Shown: positions 1 through 7,845 of the stretch, piece after piece
Layout: the number at the start of each line of letters is the position of its first letter
Position numbering within the stretch: the stretch's first letter is position 1
Assembly: GCA_046296715.1 (NCBI GenBank)
Contig: JBKBIN010000042.1
Coordinates: 1-11,321 of the forward strand
DNA: 11,321 bases
Direction of reading: 5' to 3'
From: Candidatus Ratteibacteria bacterium
Lineage (GTDB): Bacteria; Ratteibacteria; UBA8468; B48-G9; JAFGKM01
Translations under genes and position numbers: made by a program
The notes under the pieces: generated by a model
Told to the model about the DNA's origin: nothing
Databases searched by the model: none
The model's input: only the letters and a program-made list of their open reading frames with translations

Positions 1-786
1 AGCACCATCATAGAAATAAAGGGAAATATCAGGTAAATCTTTAAAAATTCCAATTTTTGGAACAGGTAATCTATCAGTTATTCTTGTAACTGCAACATCC
101 CAAGTATAACCTTTTGGTAAAATGTCTTTTGAAATTATTCTAAAATTACTATCCTCTTTTAATGCAAGTCCTGAATATGAACATGTCCAACAGAATGAGT
201 GCTGACAGAAAATCATATATGTTTTATTATTCAAGTCAAATACAACAGGGTCTTTAATATGAAGATTTTCAGGGTCTTCTGAAACTAAAACATTTCTTAT
301 ATTTTCAGGACTTAAACTTTCTAAATCTTCTCCAGTTAATAGATCAATTTCCCAAACGCCTGTTCCCTCCTTTTGATATTTTTCAAAACCTTTTGAATAA
401 TTCCTTTTTTTCTCAGTTGAAACATATAATTCAACCTTATCACTAAAATATATTGAAGAACCTTCAATTGATAAAACTTCTTTTTCTCCAACTTTAAGAT
501 CCTTTTTTGTGAATGACTTTATTTTTTTAAATGTCTTTCCCTTATCTTCAGAAATAAATATTGCAAGTTCAAGTCCCCTTTCACCAAGTCCAGTCCCATA
601 TCTACTATCTCCAAAGTTTCTGTATCTCCCTGTTATTACCAAGTTCCCTTCTTTATCCTTTCTTATCTTCCCTCCTCCAAACCAGTATCCTTTTTCCCTT
701 TTATATGGCTCAATTATAATTCTTGCTTTCTGATTATCTATTATCTTTTTTGCAAGTTCAACAAGTTTTTCCTCAAATTTTTCCAT
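1..786 (-). CDS. Asp-box-containing beta-propeller protein (sialidase/glycoside-hydrolase-like), 3'-truncated by window edge
   Basis: Hand translation gives 262 open codons from ATG at 786 to base 1: MEKFEEKLVELAKKIIDNQKARIIIEPYKREKGYWFGGG...GRYRNFGDSR...GERGLELAIFISEDKGKTF...HIKDPVV...SLYFYDGA. AAGGAG SD at 797-792. One Asp-box (SEDKGKTF, S-x-D-x-G-x-T-F, nt 552-529) and a KDP motif reminiscent of propeller glycosidases. No signal peptide. CDS is secure, product is tentative. Confidence 0.7.
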   Translation of the reverse strand, partial: MEKFEEKLVELAKKIIDNQKARIIIEPYKREKGYWFGGGKIRKDKEGNLVITGRYRNFGDSRYGTGLGERGLELAIFISEDKGKTFKKIKSFTKKDLKVGEKEVLSIEGSSIYFSDKVELYVSTEKKRNYSKGFEKYQKEGTGVWEIDLLTGEDLESLSPENIRNVLVSEDPENLHIKDPVVFDLNNKTYMIFCQHSFCWTCSYSGLALKEDSNFRIISKDILPKGYTWDVAVTRITDRLPVPKIGIFKDLPDISLYFYDGA

Positions 787-856
787 TTTTACTCCTTTCT
801 TTTTGTGATAAAATTTATTTTAAAACTTTTTTAAAATTTGTGAAAGGAGAGCATAA
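787..856. promoter_or_regulatory. Divergent promoter/RBS region
   Basis: 70-bp spacer between divergent ATGs. SD AAGGAG on minus strand (797-792) and AAAGGAG on plus strand (843-849). Candidate extended -10 TG-A-TAAAAT at 806-814 for the rightward genes, with no convincing -35. Confidence 0.55.
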
Positions 857-2839
857 ATGAAATTAAAGGTTGTTATTTTAGGGCTTGATGCCCTTGTTCC
901 AAATTTAGTTGAAAGATTTATGAATGAAGATATCTTACCAAATTTCAAAAAACTTGCAAAAAATGGAGTTTTTACAAGAATAAGACCAGTAATTCCAGCA
1001 CAAACACCTACAAACTGGCAAACAATCGTTACAGGAGCAACTCCTGGAACTCATTCAATTGTTATATGGGGAACACATAGAGAAAATGAAGTTGTTTTTA
1101 AAACTTATGGAAATTCTGCTTTTACTTCAGGAATATGTGAAAGTGAATATATTTGGGAAACACTGTCAGAAAAAGGTCAAAAAACTGCTATTTTGAATTA
1201 CCCAGGGTATCCACCAACAAAAAAGAATGTTGTTTTTATTGATTTTATTGCTGCTCCTACTCATTCACTTATTGATATTGCAGAACCAACTGTTTATCAC
1301 AATGATCAAGAATTTAATGAAGGTTTTTTTATAAATCTTAGTCCTGCAAAAAACTGGAAAAACCTACCTTTTGATGATAAAAACTTTCTTGAATTTCAAA
1401 TTGAAATAGTTCCAACAGATTTAGAGGTTGAAAAAATAGATTATTTTGGTCTTGTTGTCTCTTCAAAAAAGGGATATGATAGGATTTTAATCTGTAAAGA
1501 AAAAGATTATAAAAAGAAAGTAGTTGAATTAAAAAAGGGAAAGTGGAGTGATTGGATTGAAGAAAAATTTAAAATTAGTAATTCAAATAAATATAAAAAG
1601 GGTTCATTTCGTTTTAAACTAATTGAACTTTCAGAAGATGGAAAATTTTTAAAACTTTACAGAACAGATGCCTTCCCTTCAGATGGTTCAATTTGTAGTG
1701 ATAAAAAAATTGGAAAAGAAGTAAATAAAAAGTTTGGACCATATATAAATTCAAGCCGTTCATTCTATTTATTTAAAAATAATCTCATAGATTGGAAAAC
1801 TTTTGAAGAACTTGTTGAAATGGAAATAAACTGGTGGTCAGATGTTGCTAAATTTTTTATTGAAGAAAATGATTATACTCTTTTTGTCTGTCATTGGCAT
1901 ATTCTTGATTGTGTAGGACATGAATTTATATGGAGATTAGACCCAGAATCTTCTTTTTACGATCAAAAAAATGCATATAAATACATGGAAATTGTTAAAA
2001 AATTCTATAAACTTGCTGATAAATTTGTAGGCGGATTTCTCAAAAAATTTGATGATAAAAAAACTATTTTTGTTGTAGTTTCTGACCATGGAATGCCAGC
2101 AAATAAAAAAGCTGTTTCTTTAATAAATTACTTTTTACCTTTTGGTTATCTTGAAAAGACATCTGACGGAAATAATATTGACTGGGCTAAAAGTAAGATC
2201 TATATAAATCAAAACCATATCTGGATAAATTTAAAAGGCAGAGAAAAAAATGGAATTGTAGAAAAGGAAGAATATAAAAAATTAAGAGATGAAATTATAG
2301 AACTCATGAAAGACCTTAAGGACCCTGAAACAGGCAAACATATCTTTTCTTTTGTTCTTTCTAAAGAGGAAGCACCTATTGTTGGATTGTGGGGTAAATA
2401 TATCGGTGATATTGTTTTCTGTTATTCAGGTGGTTATAGATGGTCAGGTGAAGAAGTTTTAAAAATGAATGAGAAAAGAGTAATTTTTCCCTGTAATGGA
2501 GGAAACCATGGCCCAATGATACCAACCTATGAAACAGATTTCACTTCTGTGATGGGTGCTTTATTTATATCTGGTCCATTAATTAAGAAAGGATTAAAAA
2601 TACCAAAGGAACAACAGTTTAAATTCTGCACAACAGATATAGTCCCAACTCTCTGTAAAATTTTGAACATAAGAACACCTTTTCATAATGAAGGAAGAAT
2701 TTTACATGAATTTCTAAAGGAGACAAAAGTAAAATTTTTAAAAAGAAATTTAAAGGAAATAAAAAGAAATGTAAGAGAAAAAGTAAGAAAAAAACCGCTG
2801 GAGATAAAATTGAAAGGAGATGTAACTGATGAGAATTAA
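857..2839 (+). CDS. Alkaline phosphatase superfamily protein, type I phosphodiesterase/nucleotide pyrophosphatase (NPP)-like
   Basis: 660 aa. N-terminal LGLDA metal-ligand strand. PAQTPTNWQTIVTGATPGTHSI aligns with the NPP nucleophile motif (Thr50, nt 1004-1006). Metal-ligand motifs LDCVGH, SDHG and GNHGP. Terminal TDIVPT...EGRIL motif. Good SD, no signal peptide. Confidence 0.85.
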   Translation: MKLKVVILGLDALVPNLVERFMNEDILPNFKKLAKNGVFTRIRPVIPAQTPTNWQTIVTGATPGTHSIVIWGTHRENEVVFKTYGNSAFTSGICESEYIWETLSEKGQKTAILNYPGYPPTKKNVVFIDFIAAPTHSLIDIAEPTVYHNDQEFNEGFFINLSPAKNWKNLPFDDKNFLEFQIEIVPTDLEVEKIDYFGLVVSSKKGYDRILICKEKDYKKKVVELKKGKWSDWIEEKFKISNSNKYKKGSFRFKLIELSEDGKFLKLYRTDAFPSDGSICSDKKIGKEVNKKFGPYINSSRSFYLFKNNLIDWKTFEELVEMEINWWSDVAKFFIEENDYTLFVCHWHILDCVGHEFIWRLDPESSFYDQKNAYKYMEIVKKFYKLADKFVGGFLKKFDDKKTIFVVVSDHGMPANKKAVSLINYFLPFGYLEKTSDGNNIDWAKSKIYINQNHIWINLKGREKNGIVEKEEYKKLRDEIIELMKDLKDPETGKHIFSFVLSKEEAPIVGLWGKYIGDIVFCYSGGYRWSGEEVLKMNEKRVIFPCNGGNHGPMIPTYETDFTSVMGALFISGPLIKKGLKIPKEQQFKFCTTDIVPTLCKILNIRTPFHNEGRILHEFLKETKVKFLKRNLKEIKRNVREKVRKKPLEIKLKGDVTDEN

Positions 2840-2900
2840 GATTTTTAAATTTTGTTGCAAAAATTATGTTAGGATATTTATAAATTAAAAAGGAGGCAAA
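2840..2900 (+). promoter_or_regulatory. Intergenic region with strong RBS and possible internal promoter
   Basis: AAGGAGG at 2890-2896 before ATG 2901. Candidate TTGCAA (2855-2860)-18 bp-TATAAA (2879-2884), or alternatively an extended -10 TG-T-TAGGAT (2867-2875). No GC-rich terminator hairpin. Confidence 0.4.
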
Positions 2901-4268
2901 ATGAATCTAATTTTTATTATGATTGATAGTTTGAGGCAAGACCATGTAAGTGTTTATAATAAAGGGAAGAAAGTTTTTGAAAACATTAAAAGTTGTAAGA
3001 CACCAAATATAGATAAGTTTGCTGAAAATTCAGTTATTTTTGAAAATGTTTATCCATCGGGTCTTCCAACAATTCCTGTTAGATATGAACTTATGACTGG
3101 ATTTTATTCATTACCATATAGACCATGGTGTCCTTTAACTGATTATGATTTAACAATTGCAGAAATTCTAAATAGAGAAGGTTATATTTCAGGATTTATC
3201 ACAGATACCTATCATTATAGAAAACATGGGATGAATTACCATAGAGGATTTAGTATTTATGAATGGATAAGAGGACAGGAATATGATCCATATAAAGTTC
3301 CTGTGACCAAGAGAAATCTTGATGACTATGTGAATGAGAATTATACAGATGAATGGAGAAAAAGGGTCTTACAATTTCTTGCAAACACAGATGATATGGA
3401 TGAAAAAAACTGGTTTACAATGCAGGTTGTTGAAAAAAGTATTGATTTTTTAAAGAAGGCAAGAAAGACAAATAAGAAAATATTTTTATGGATTGATTCT
3501 TTTGAACCACATGAGCCATGGGATCCACCTAAAAGATTTGATACTTACACTTCCAAAAATTATAAAGGGAAAAGATTAATTATGCCTATGGGTGGACCTG
3601 CTGAAAAATGGGCTACAAAGGAAGAAATTGATTTTATAAGAGGACTTTATGCAGGTGAAGTTAGTTTTGTTGATTATTGTCTTGGATTTTTATTTGATGA
3701 ACTTGAAAGAATGGATTTTTATGAGGACTCTTTAATTATTTTAACTGCTGACCATGGACATCCTCTCTGTGACCATGGAAAATTTCTAAAAGGTTCTGAT
3801 AGAATGTATAGTGAGTTATTAAAAGTTCCATTTATAATGAAATTTCCAGAAGAACTTTACAAAGGGGAAATTGATGCATTAATTCAGTTCCCCGATGTTT
3901 TGCCTACTATATTTGAAATACTTGGCTTTGAAAATAATAATATTCCACTTGCTGGAAAAAGTTTCTTTTCCATAATTAAGGGAGATAAAGATAACCATAG
4001 AAATGCTGTAATTTCTGGATACAAAAATGGTATATATAGATGTGTAAGAAATAAAGAATGGAGTTTGATTTTAACACCTGAAGATGAGGTGGATTATCTT
4101 TTCAATATTAAAGAAGATCCAAAAGAAACAAAAAATTTAATTGATAAAAACCAAGAAATTGCAAAGGAACTTTTAAAAGAATTTGGAACAGTATTTTTTG
4201 AAAAAAAAGCAAAAACTATAAAAGGAATACAGGGAGAATATGAACTTGCTTCTTCATCAATAGAATGA
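2901..4268 (+). CDS. Sulfatase-fold hydrolase with Thr in the nucleophile position (TIPVR)
   Basis: 455 aa. Sulfatase-family motifs NLIFIMIDSLRQDH, TPNIDKFA, PTIPVRYELMTG (C/S-x-P-x-R position carries Thr57), EPHEPWDPP, YAGEVSFVD, TADHG, KVPFIM, DVLPTI and LFNIKEDPKE. Confidence 0.85.
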   Translation: MNLIFIMIDSLRQDHVSVYNKGKKVFENIKSCKTPNIDKFAENSVIFENVYPSGLPTIPVRYELMTGFYSLPYRPWCPLTDYDLTIAEILNREGYISGFITDTYHYRKHGMNYHRGFSIYEWIRGQEYDPYKVPVTKRNLDDYVNENYTDEWRKRVLQFLANTDDMDEKNWFTMQVVEKSIDFLKKARKTNKKIFLWIDSFEPHEPWDPPKRFDTYTSKNYKGKRLIMPMGGPAEKWATKEEIDFIRGLYAGEVSFVDYCLGFLFDELERMDFYEDSLIILTADHGHPLCDHGKFLKGSDRMYSELLKVPFIMKFPEELYKGEIDALIQFPDVLPTIFEILGFENNNIPLAGKSFFSIIKGDKDNHRNAVISGYKNGIYRCVRNKEWSLILTPEDEVDYLFNIKEDPKETKNLIDKNQEIAKELLKEFGTVFFEKKAKTIKGIQGEYELASSSIE

Positions 4269-5620
4269 AAAAATATAATCTTCTTTTTATTTTAATTGAT
4301 GACCTTGGATGGAAAGATTTAAGTATATATGGAAGTGAATTTTATGAAACACCAAATATAGATAAACTTGCTGAAGATGGAATTATTTTTACCAATGCTT
4401 ATGCATCAAGTCCTGTCTGTTCACCAACAAGAGCAAGTATTCAAACAGGTAAATATCCTGCAAGAATTGGTATAACAAATTACATAGGAGGAAAAGATAG
4501 AGGAAAATTAAAACCACCTGAAAATCTTGAATATTTACCTTTAGAAGAAAAAACAGTTGCAAGTTATCTTAAAGAATTTGGATATAAGACATACTACATA
4601 GGAAAATGGCACCTTGGAGGTCAACCATTTTTTCCAGACAATCATGGATACGATAGAAATATAGGAGGTTGTGGATGGGGAATGCCAAGATATGGTTATT
4701 TCTCTCCCTATAAAATACCCACTTTAGAAGATGGACCAGAAGGAGAATATTTAACAGATAGATTAACAGAAGAAGCCATAAAAATAATAAAAGAAACAGA
4801 ACAACCATTTTTTTTATTTCTATCCCATTATGCTGTCCATATACCAATTCAAGTCCCTGAAAGATATGTAGAAAAATATAAAGAAAAAGTAAAAAAACTT
4901 GGTCTTGATAAATTAAATCTATTTATAGAAGGAGAAAATTTTCCCTGTGAACATAAAAAACACTTAAAAGTTATAAGAAGAATTGTTCAATCAGACCCTG
5001 TATATGCTGGGATGATAGAAAATCTTGATGAAAATATTGGAAAAGTTATAAATGCTTTGAAAGAAACTGGTAAATATGAAAATACAATAATTATTTTTAC
5101 TTCTGATAATGGTGGTCTTTCAACTGCTGAAGGTTCTCCGACTTGCAATCTTCCTTTAAGGGAAGGAAAAGGATGGATTGAACAAGGCGGAATTAGGGTT
5201 TCTTTAATAATGAAAATACCTAAGATAAATATTAAGAAATCTGATTTTCCAGTTATTTCAACTGATTTTTATCCAACAATACTTGATATACTAAAACTAC
5301 CTCAAATACCTGAACAACATAAAGATGGAATAAGTATTTTACCTGCTTTAAAAGGACAAAATTTAAAAAGGAGTTTATTCTTTCATTGGCCTCATTATGG
5401 AAATCAGGGAGGAACTCCATCTTCTGCAGTTATTTATGATGGATGGAAACTTATTTATTCTTATGAATATGAGAAATATTTGATTTTCAATTTGAACGAA
5501 GATATAGAAGAAAAAAATGACCTTATAAATAAAAATCCCAGAGAATTCAAAATTCTTGAGGAAATACTATGGAGTTATATCAAAGAGACAAAAGCAAAAT
5601 TACCAGAAAAAAATGGATAA
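4265..5620 (+). CDS. Cys-type formylglycine-dependent sulfatase (S1 family, arylsulfatase A-like)
   Basis: 451 aa. Motifs IDDLGW, SPVCSPTRASIQTGKYP (Cys52, nt 4418-4420), GKWHLG, HYAVHIP, TSDNGG and GKGWIEQGGIRV. ATGA overlap with the upstream gene, no signal peptide. Confidence 0.95.
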   Translation: MKKYNLLFILIDDLGWKDLSIYGSEFYETPNIDKLAEDGIIFTNAYASSPVCSPTRASIQTGKYPARIGITNYIGGKDRGKLKPPENLEYLPLEEKTVASYLKEFGYKTYYIGKWHLGGQPFFPDNHGYDRNIGGCGWGMPRYGYFSPYKIPTLEDGPEGEYLTDRLTEEAIKIIKETEQPFFLFLSHYAVHIPIQVPERYVEKYKEKVKKLGLDKLNLFIEGENFPCEHKKHLKVIRRIVQSDPVYAGMIENLDENIGKVINALKETGKYENTIIIFTSDNGGLSTAEGSPTCNLPLREGKGWIEQGGIRVSLIMKIPKINIKKSDFPVISTDFYPTILDILKLPQIPEQHKDGISILPALKGQNLKRSLFFHWPHYGNQGGTPSSAVIYDGWKLIYSYEYEKYLIFNLNEDIEEKNDLINKNPREFKILEEILWSYIKETKAKLPEKNG

Positions 5621-6710
5621 AATTGAATTATTGATTAAACCATCTTCCTATCTCTGTAATCTTGACTGTTCCTACTGCTTTTATAAAAAAACAAAATCAA
5701 TATATCCAGAAGGTAAGATTATGAATTTAAATACTCTTGAATTTTTTATAAAGAAATTTATTGAATATTCAGAAGGCAAAAATTTATATTTCTGCTGGCA
5801 AGGAGGAGAACCTCTTTTATGCGGAATTGATTTTTATTATAAGGTTATTGATTTTCAGAAAAAATATGGTAAAAGTGGACAGATTGTTGGGAATGCAATA
5901 CAAACAAATGGAATTTTAATAGATGAGGGATGGATTGAATTTTTTTTGAAATATAAAATTTTTGTTGGTATAAGTTTGGATGGTCCTGAAGAAATTCATA
6001 ATTTCTACAGGAGATATAAAGACGGAAGGAAGACATATAAAAAGGTAATGGAGGTTATAAATCTTTTAAAAAAAAGTAATGTTCAATTTAATATTTTATC
6101 TACAATTGGAGAACATACAGGAAAATTTCCAGAAAAAATCTTTAATTTTTTTGTTAACAACAATTTTCAATATTTACAGTTTATACCTGCGATAGATAGA
6201 AAAAATAATAAGATAAGTGATTTTTCTATAACTCCAGAAACTTATAAAAATTTTTTAATTAAGATTTTTGAACTATGGTGGAATGATGGTTCTCCTTTTT
6301 TATCAATTAGGTTATTTGATAATATAATTGAAGTTTTATCTGGATTTGAACCATCAAATTGTACATTTAAAAAGAGATGTGGTGAATATCTTGTTATAGA
6401 ACACAATGGAGATGTTTATCCTTGTGATTTTTTTGTTATGCCTGATTTTAAACTTGGAAATATCTTTAAAGATGAACTTGACAAAATATATGAAAAATTG
6501 AAAAAATTTGGAGAAATAAAGGAGATTGGAACGGATAAATGTAAAGAATGTGAATGGAATTTTATATGTAATAATGGGTGTTTATGGCATAGGTATGTAA
6601 AAGAAAATAGTATGAATGGTGTTGATTATTTCTGCTCATCTTACAAAAAATTCTTTTCATATTCTATTGAAAGGTTTAAAATTATAGTAAAGAACATTTT
6701 AAAATTTTAA
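5613..6710 (+). CDS. Anaerobic sulfatase-maturating enzyme (anSME; radical SAM/SPASM, ChuR/AslB family)
   Basis: Radical SAM motif IKPSSYLCNLDCSYCFY, plus WQGGEPLL, QTNG and ISLDGP. SPASM cysteines in CTFKKRC, GDVYPCD, CKECEWNFICNNGC and YFC. Start reassigned from 5556 to ATG 5613 (365 aa), giving an 8-nt overlap with the sulfatase stop and a normal-length N-terminus. Confidence 0.93.
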   Translation: MDKIELLIKPSSYLCNLDCSYCFYKKTKSIYPEGKIMNLNTLEFFIKKFIEYSEGKNLYFCWQGGEPLLCGIDFYYKVIDFQKKYGKSGQIVGNAIQTNGILIDEGWIEFFLKYKIFVGISLDGPEEIHNFYRRYKDGRKTYKKVMEVINLLKKSNVQFNILSTIGEHTGKFPEKIFNFFVNNNFQYLQFIPAIDRKNNKISDFSITPETYKNFLIKIFELWWNDGSPFLSIRLFDNIIEVLSGFEPSNCTFKKRCGEYLVIEHNGDVYPCDFFVMPDFKLGNIFKDELDKIYEKLKKFGEIKEIGTDKCKECEWNFICNNGCLWHRYVKENSMNGVDYFCSSYKKFFSYSIERFKIIVKNILKF

Positions 6711-6711
6711 G

Positions 6712-7845
6712 ATGAAAAAAATTGAAGTTATTAAAAATTTCCCTCAAAGCAATGTATGTGATGTTTCAATAGAATATAAAGATTTGCCAGTTTTAAGTTT
6801 TTCTCCCTCTCCTAAGGGTGGTCCTGAATGCCTGTGGTTTTACTTCAAAGTTAAAGTTTCAAATATCAAAAAAATAAAGATTGTTCTTAAACATTCCTAT
6901 AATATGTTAGGTGGAGGGATGCCAGAAAATTTAAGACCTGTTATAAAATTTAAAGGAAGTAAATGGAAAAGATTGCCAAAGCCAGAAATTATAAATTTTG
7001 ATGATGGGAGAAAATCTGTAATATGGAAGATAGTTATTGAAAAAGATTTATTTGAAATTGCATTATGTTATCCATATGGAAAAGAAGAAATTGAAAAACT
7101 TTTAAAAGATACAAATGGTTACTGGAAAAAAGATGTAATTGGGGTAAGCCAGGAAGAAAGAGAAATTATAAGGTTAAGCAATATTTATAATGGTCCTGAA
7201 AAAAAAGGAGTATATCTAATAGCAAGACAACATTCTGGAGAGACACCTGGAAGTTGGGTTTTAGATGGATTTTTAAGATATCTTGCAGAAATTGAGTATA
7301 AAAATTTAGTTGTCTGGGCAGTTCCTCTTTCAAATATTGATGGTATTGAAAATGGATTTTATGGTAAGGATAATTTTCCTTATGATTTAAATCGTGCCTG
7401 GGGTTTTCCTCCGATGAGACATGAAACACTTGCTATTCAGAGAGACATAGTAAGATGGAAAGAAAGATGCATACCATTTTTAGCAATTGACCTCCATGCT
7501 CCTGGTGCAAGTGAAAAAGATGGGACTTATTTTTTTATAACTCAATTTAAAAAAGATAAAAAAATTCATAAAATAGAAAAAGAAATTGCTGAAAAAATTT
7601 CAAAAAAAATTGGAGATTATATGTCAAAAGATCCTGTAAGGTCAATTAATTATAAAAGTAGATGGGAAACACCTCATTTTACAGATTTTATCAGAGAAAA
7701 TCTTAAAATTCCTGCTCTTTCTCTTGAAACACCTTATAGTATATGCAATGATATTTTAATGGAAGAAAGTGATTACAGAAAAATTGGACAAAGGATTGCA
7801 ATGTATTTGATAGAGGAAGCAGAAAATGAAAATAGGAACTTTTAA
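6712..7845 (+). CDS. M14 family zinc carboxypeptidase (cytosolic carboxypeptidase/Nna1-like architecture)
   Basis: 377 aa. N-terminal domain with WFYF motif. Zinc ligands ARQHSGE (H-x-x-E, nt 7231-7242) and IDLH. Substrate-binding DLNR, candidate catalytic Glu in LSLETPY. Confidence 0.85.
   Translation: MKKIEVIKNFPQSNVCDVSIEYKDLPVLSFSPSPKGGPECLWFYFKVKVSNIKKIKIVLKHSYNMLGGGMPENLRPVIKFKGSKWKRLPKPEIINFDDGRKSVIWKIVIEKDLFEIALCYPYGKEEIEKLLKDTNGYWKKDVIGVSQEEREIIRLSNIYNGPEKKGVYLIARQHSGETPGSWVLDGFLRYLAEIEYKNLVVWAVPLSNIDGIENGFYGKDNFPYDLNRAWGFPPMRHETLAIQRDIVRWKERCIPFLAIDLHAPGASEKDGTYFFITQFKKDKKIHKIEKEIAEKISKKIGDYMSKDPVRSINYKSRWETPHFTDFIRENLKIPALSLETPYSICNDILMEESDYRKIGQRIAMYLIEEAENENRNF

Noticed and set aside
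509..733. 74-aa plus-strand ORF
   Set aside because: Antisense shadow of the 786..<1 gene. Its Pro/Ser/Phe/Leu-rich composition is typical of reverse-read purine-rich coding DNA.
2901..4268. Thr sulfatase as a pseudogene
   Set aside because: Full length, no frameshift or stop, strong SD, and metal-ligand motifs retained.
3000..4375. 27-nt near-identical segment in the two sulfatases (3000-3026 vs 4349-4375, 2 mismatches)
   Set aside because: Encodes the family-conserved TPNIDK(F/L)AE motif. Strong codon bias explains the identity, so it is not a repeat element or clear gene conversion.
4569..4847. 92-aa minus-strand hydrophobic ORF
   Set aside because: Lies wholly antisense to the Cys sulfatase. 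The hydrophobicity derives from the A-rich sense strand.
5556..5612. Longer N-terminus (384 aa) for the anSME in the ORF track
   Set aside because: Would overlap the sulfatase by 65 nt and add non-family residues. ATG 5613 fits the family start and the coupling pattern.
5845..6036. 63-aa minus-strand ORF
   Set aside because: Antisense to anSME, no recognisable motif.
5613..6710. Radical SAM/SPASM enzyme as a RiPP maturase with the M14 peptidase as processing enzyme
   Set aside because: No precursor peptide ORF or PqqD/RRE domain is visible. Motifs and adjacency to a CSPTR sulfatase fit anSME.
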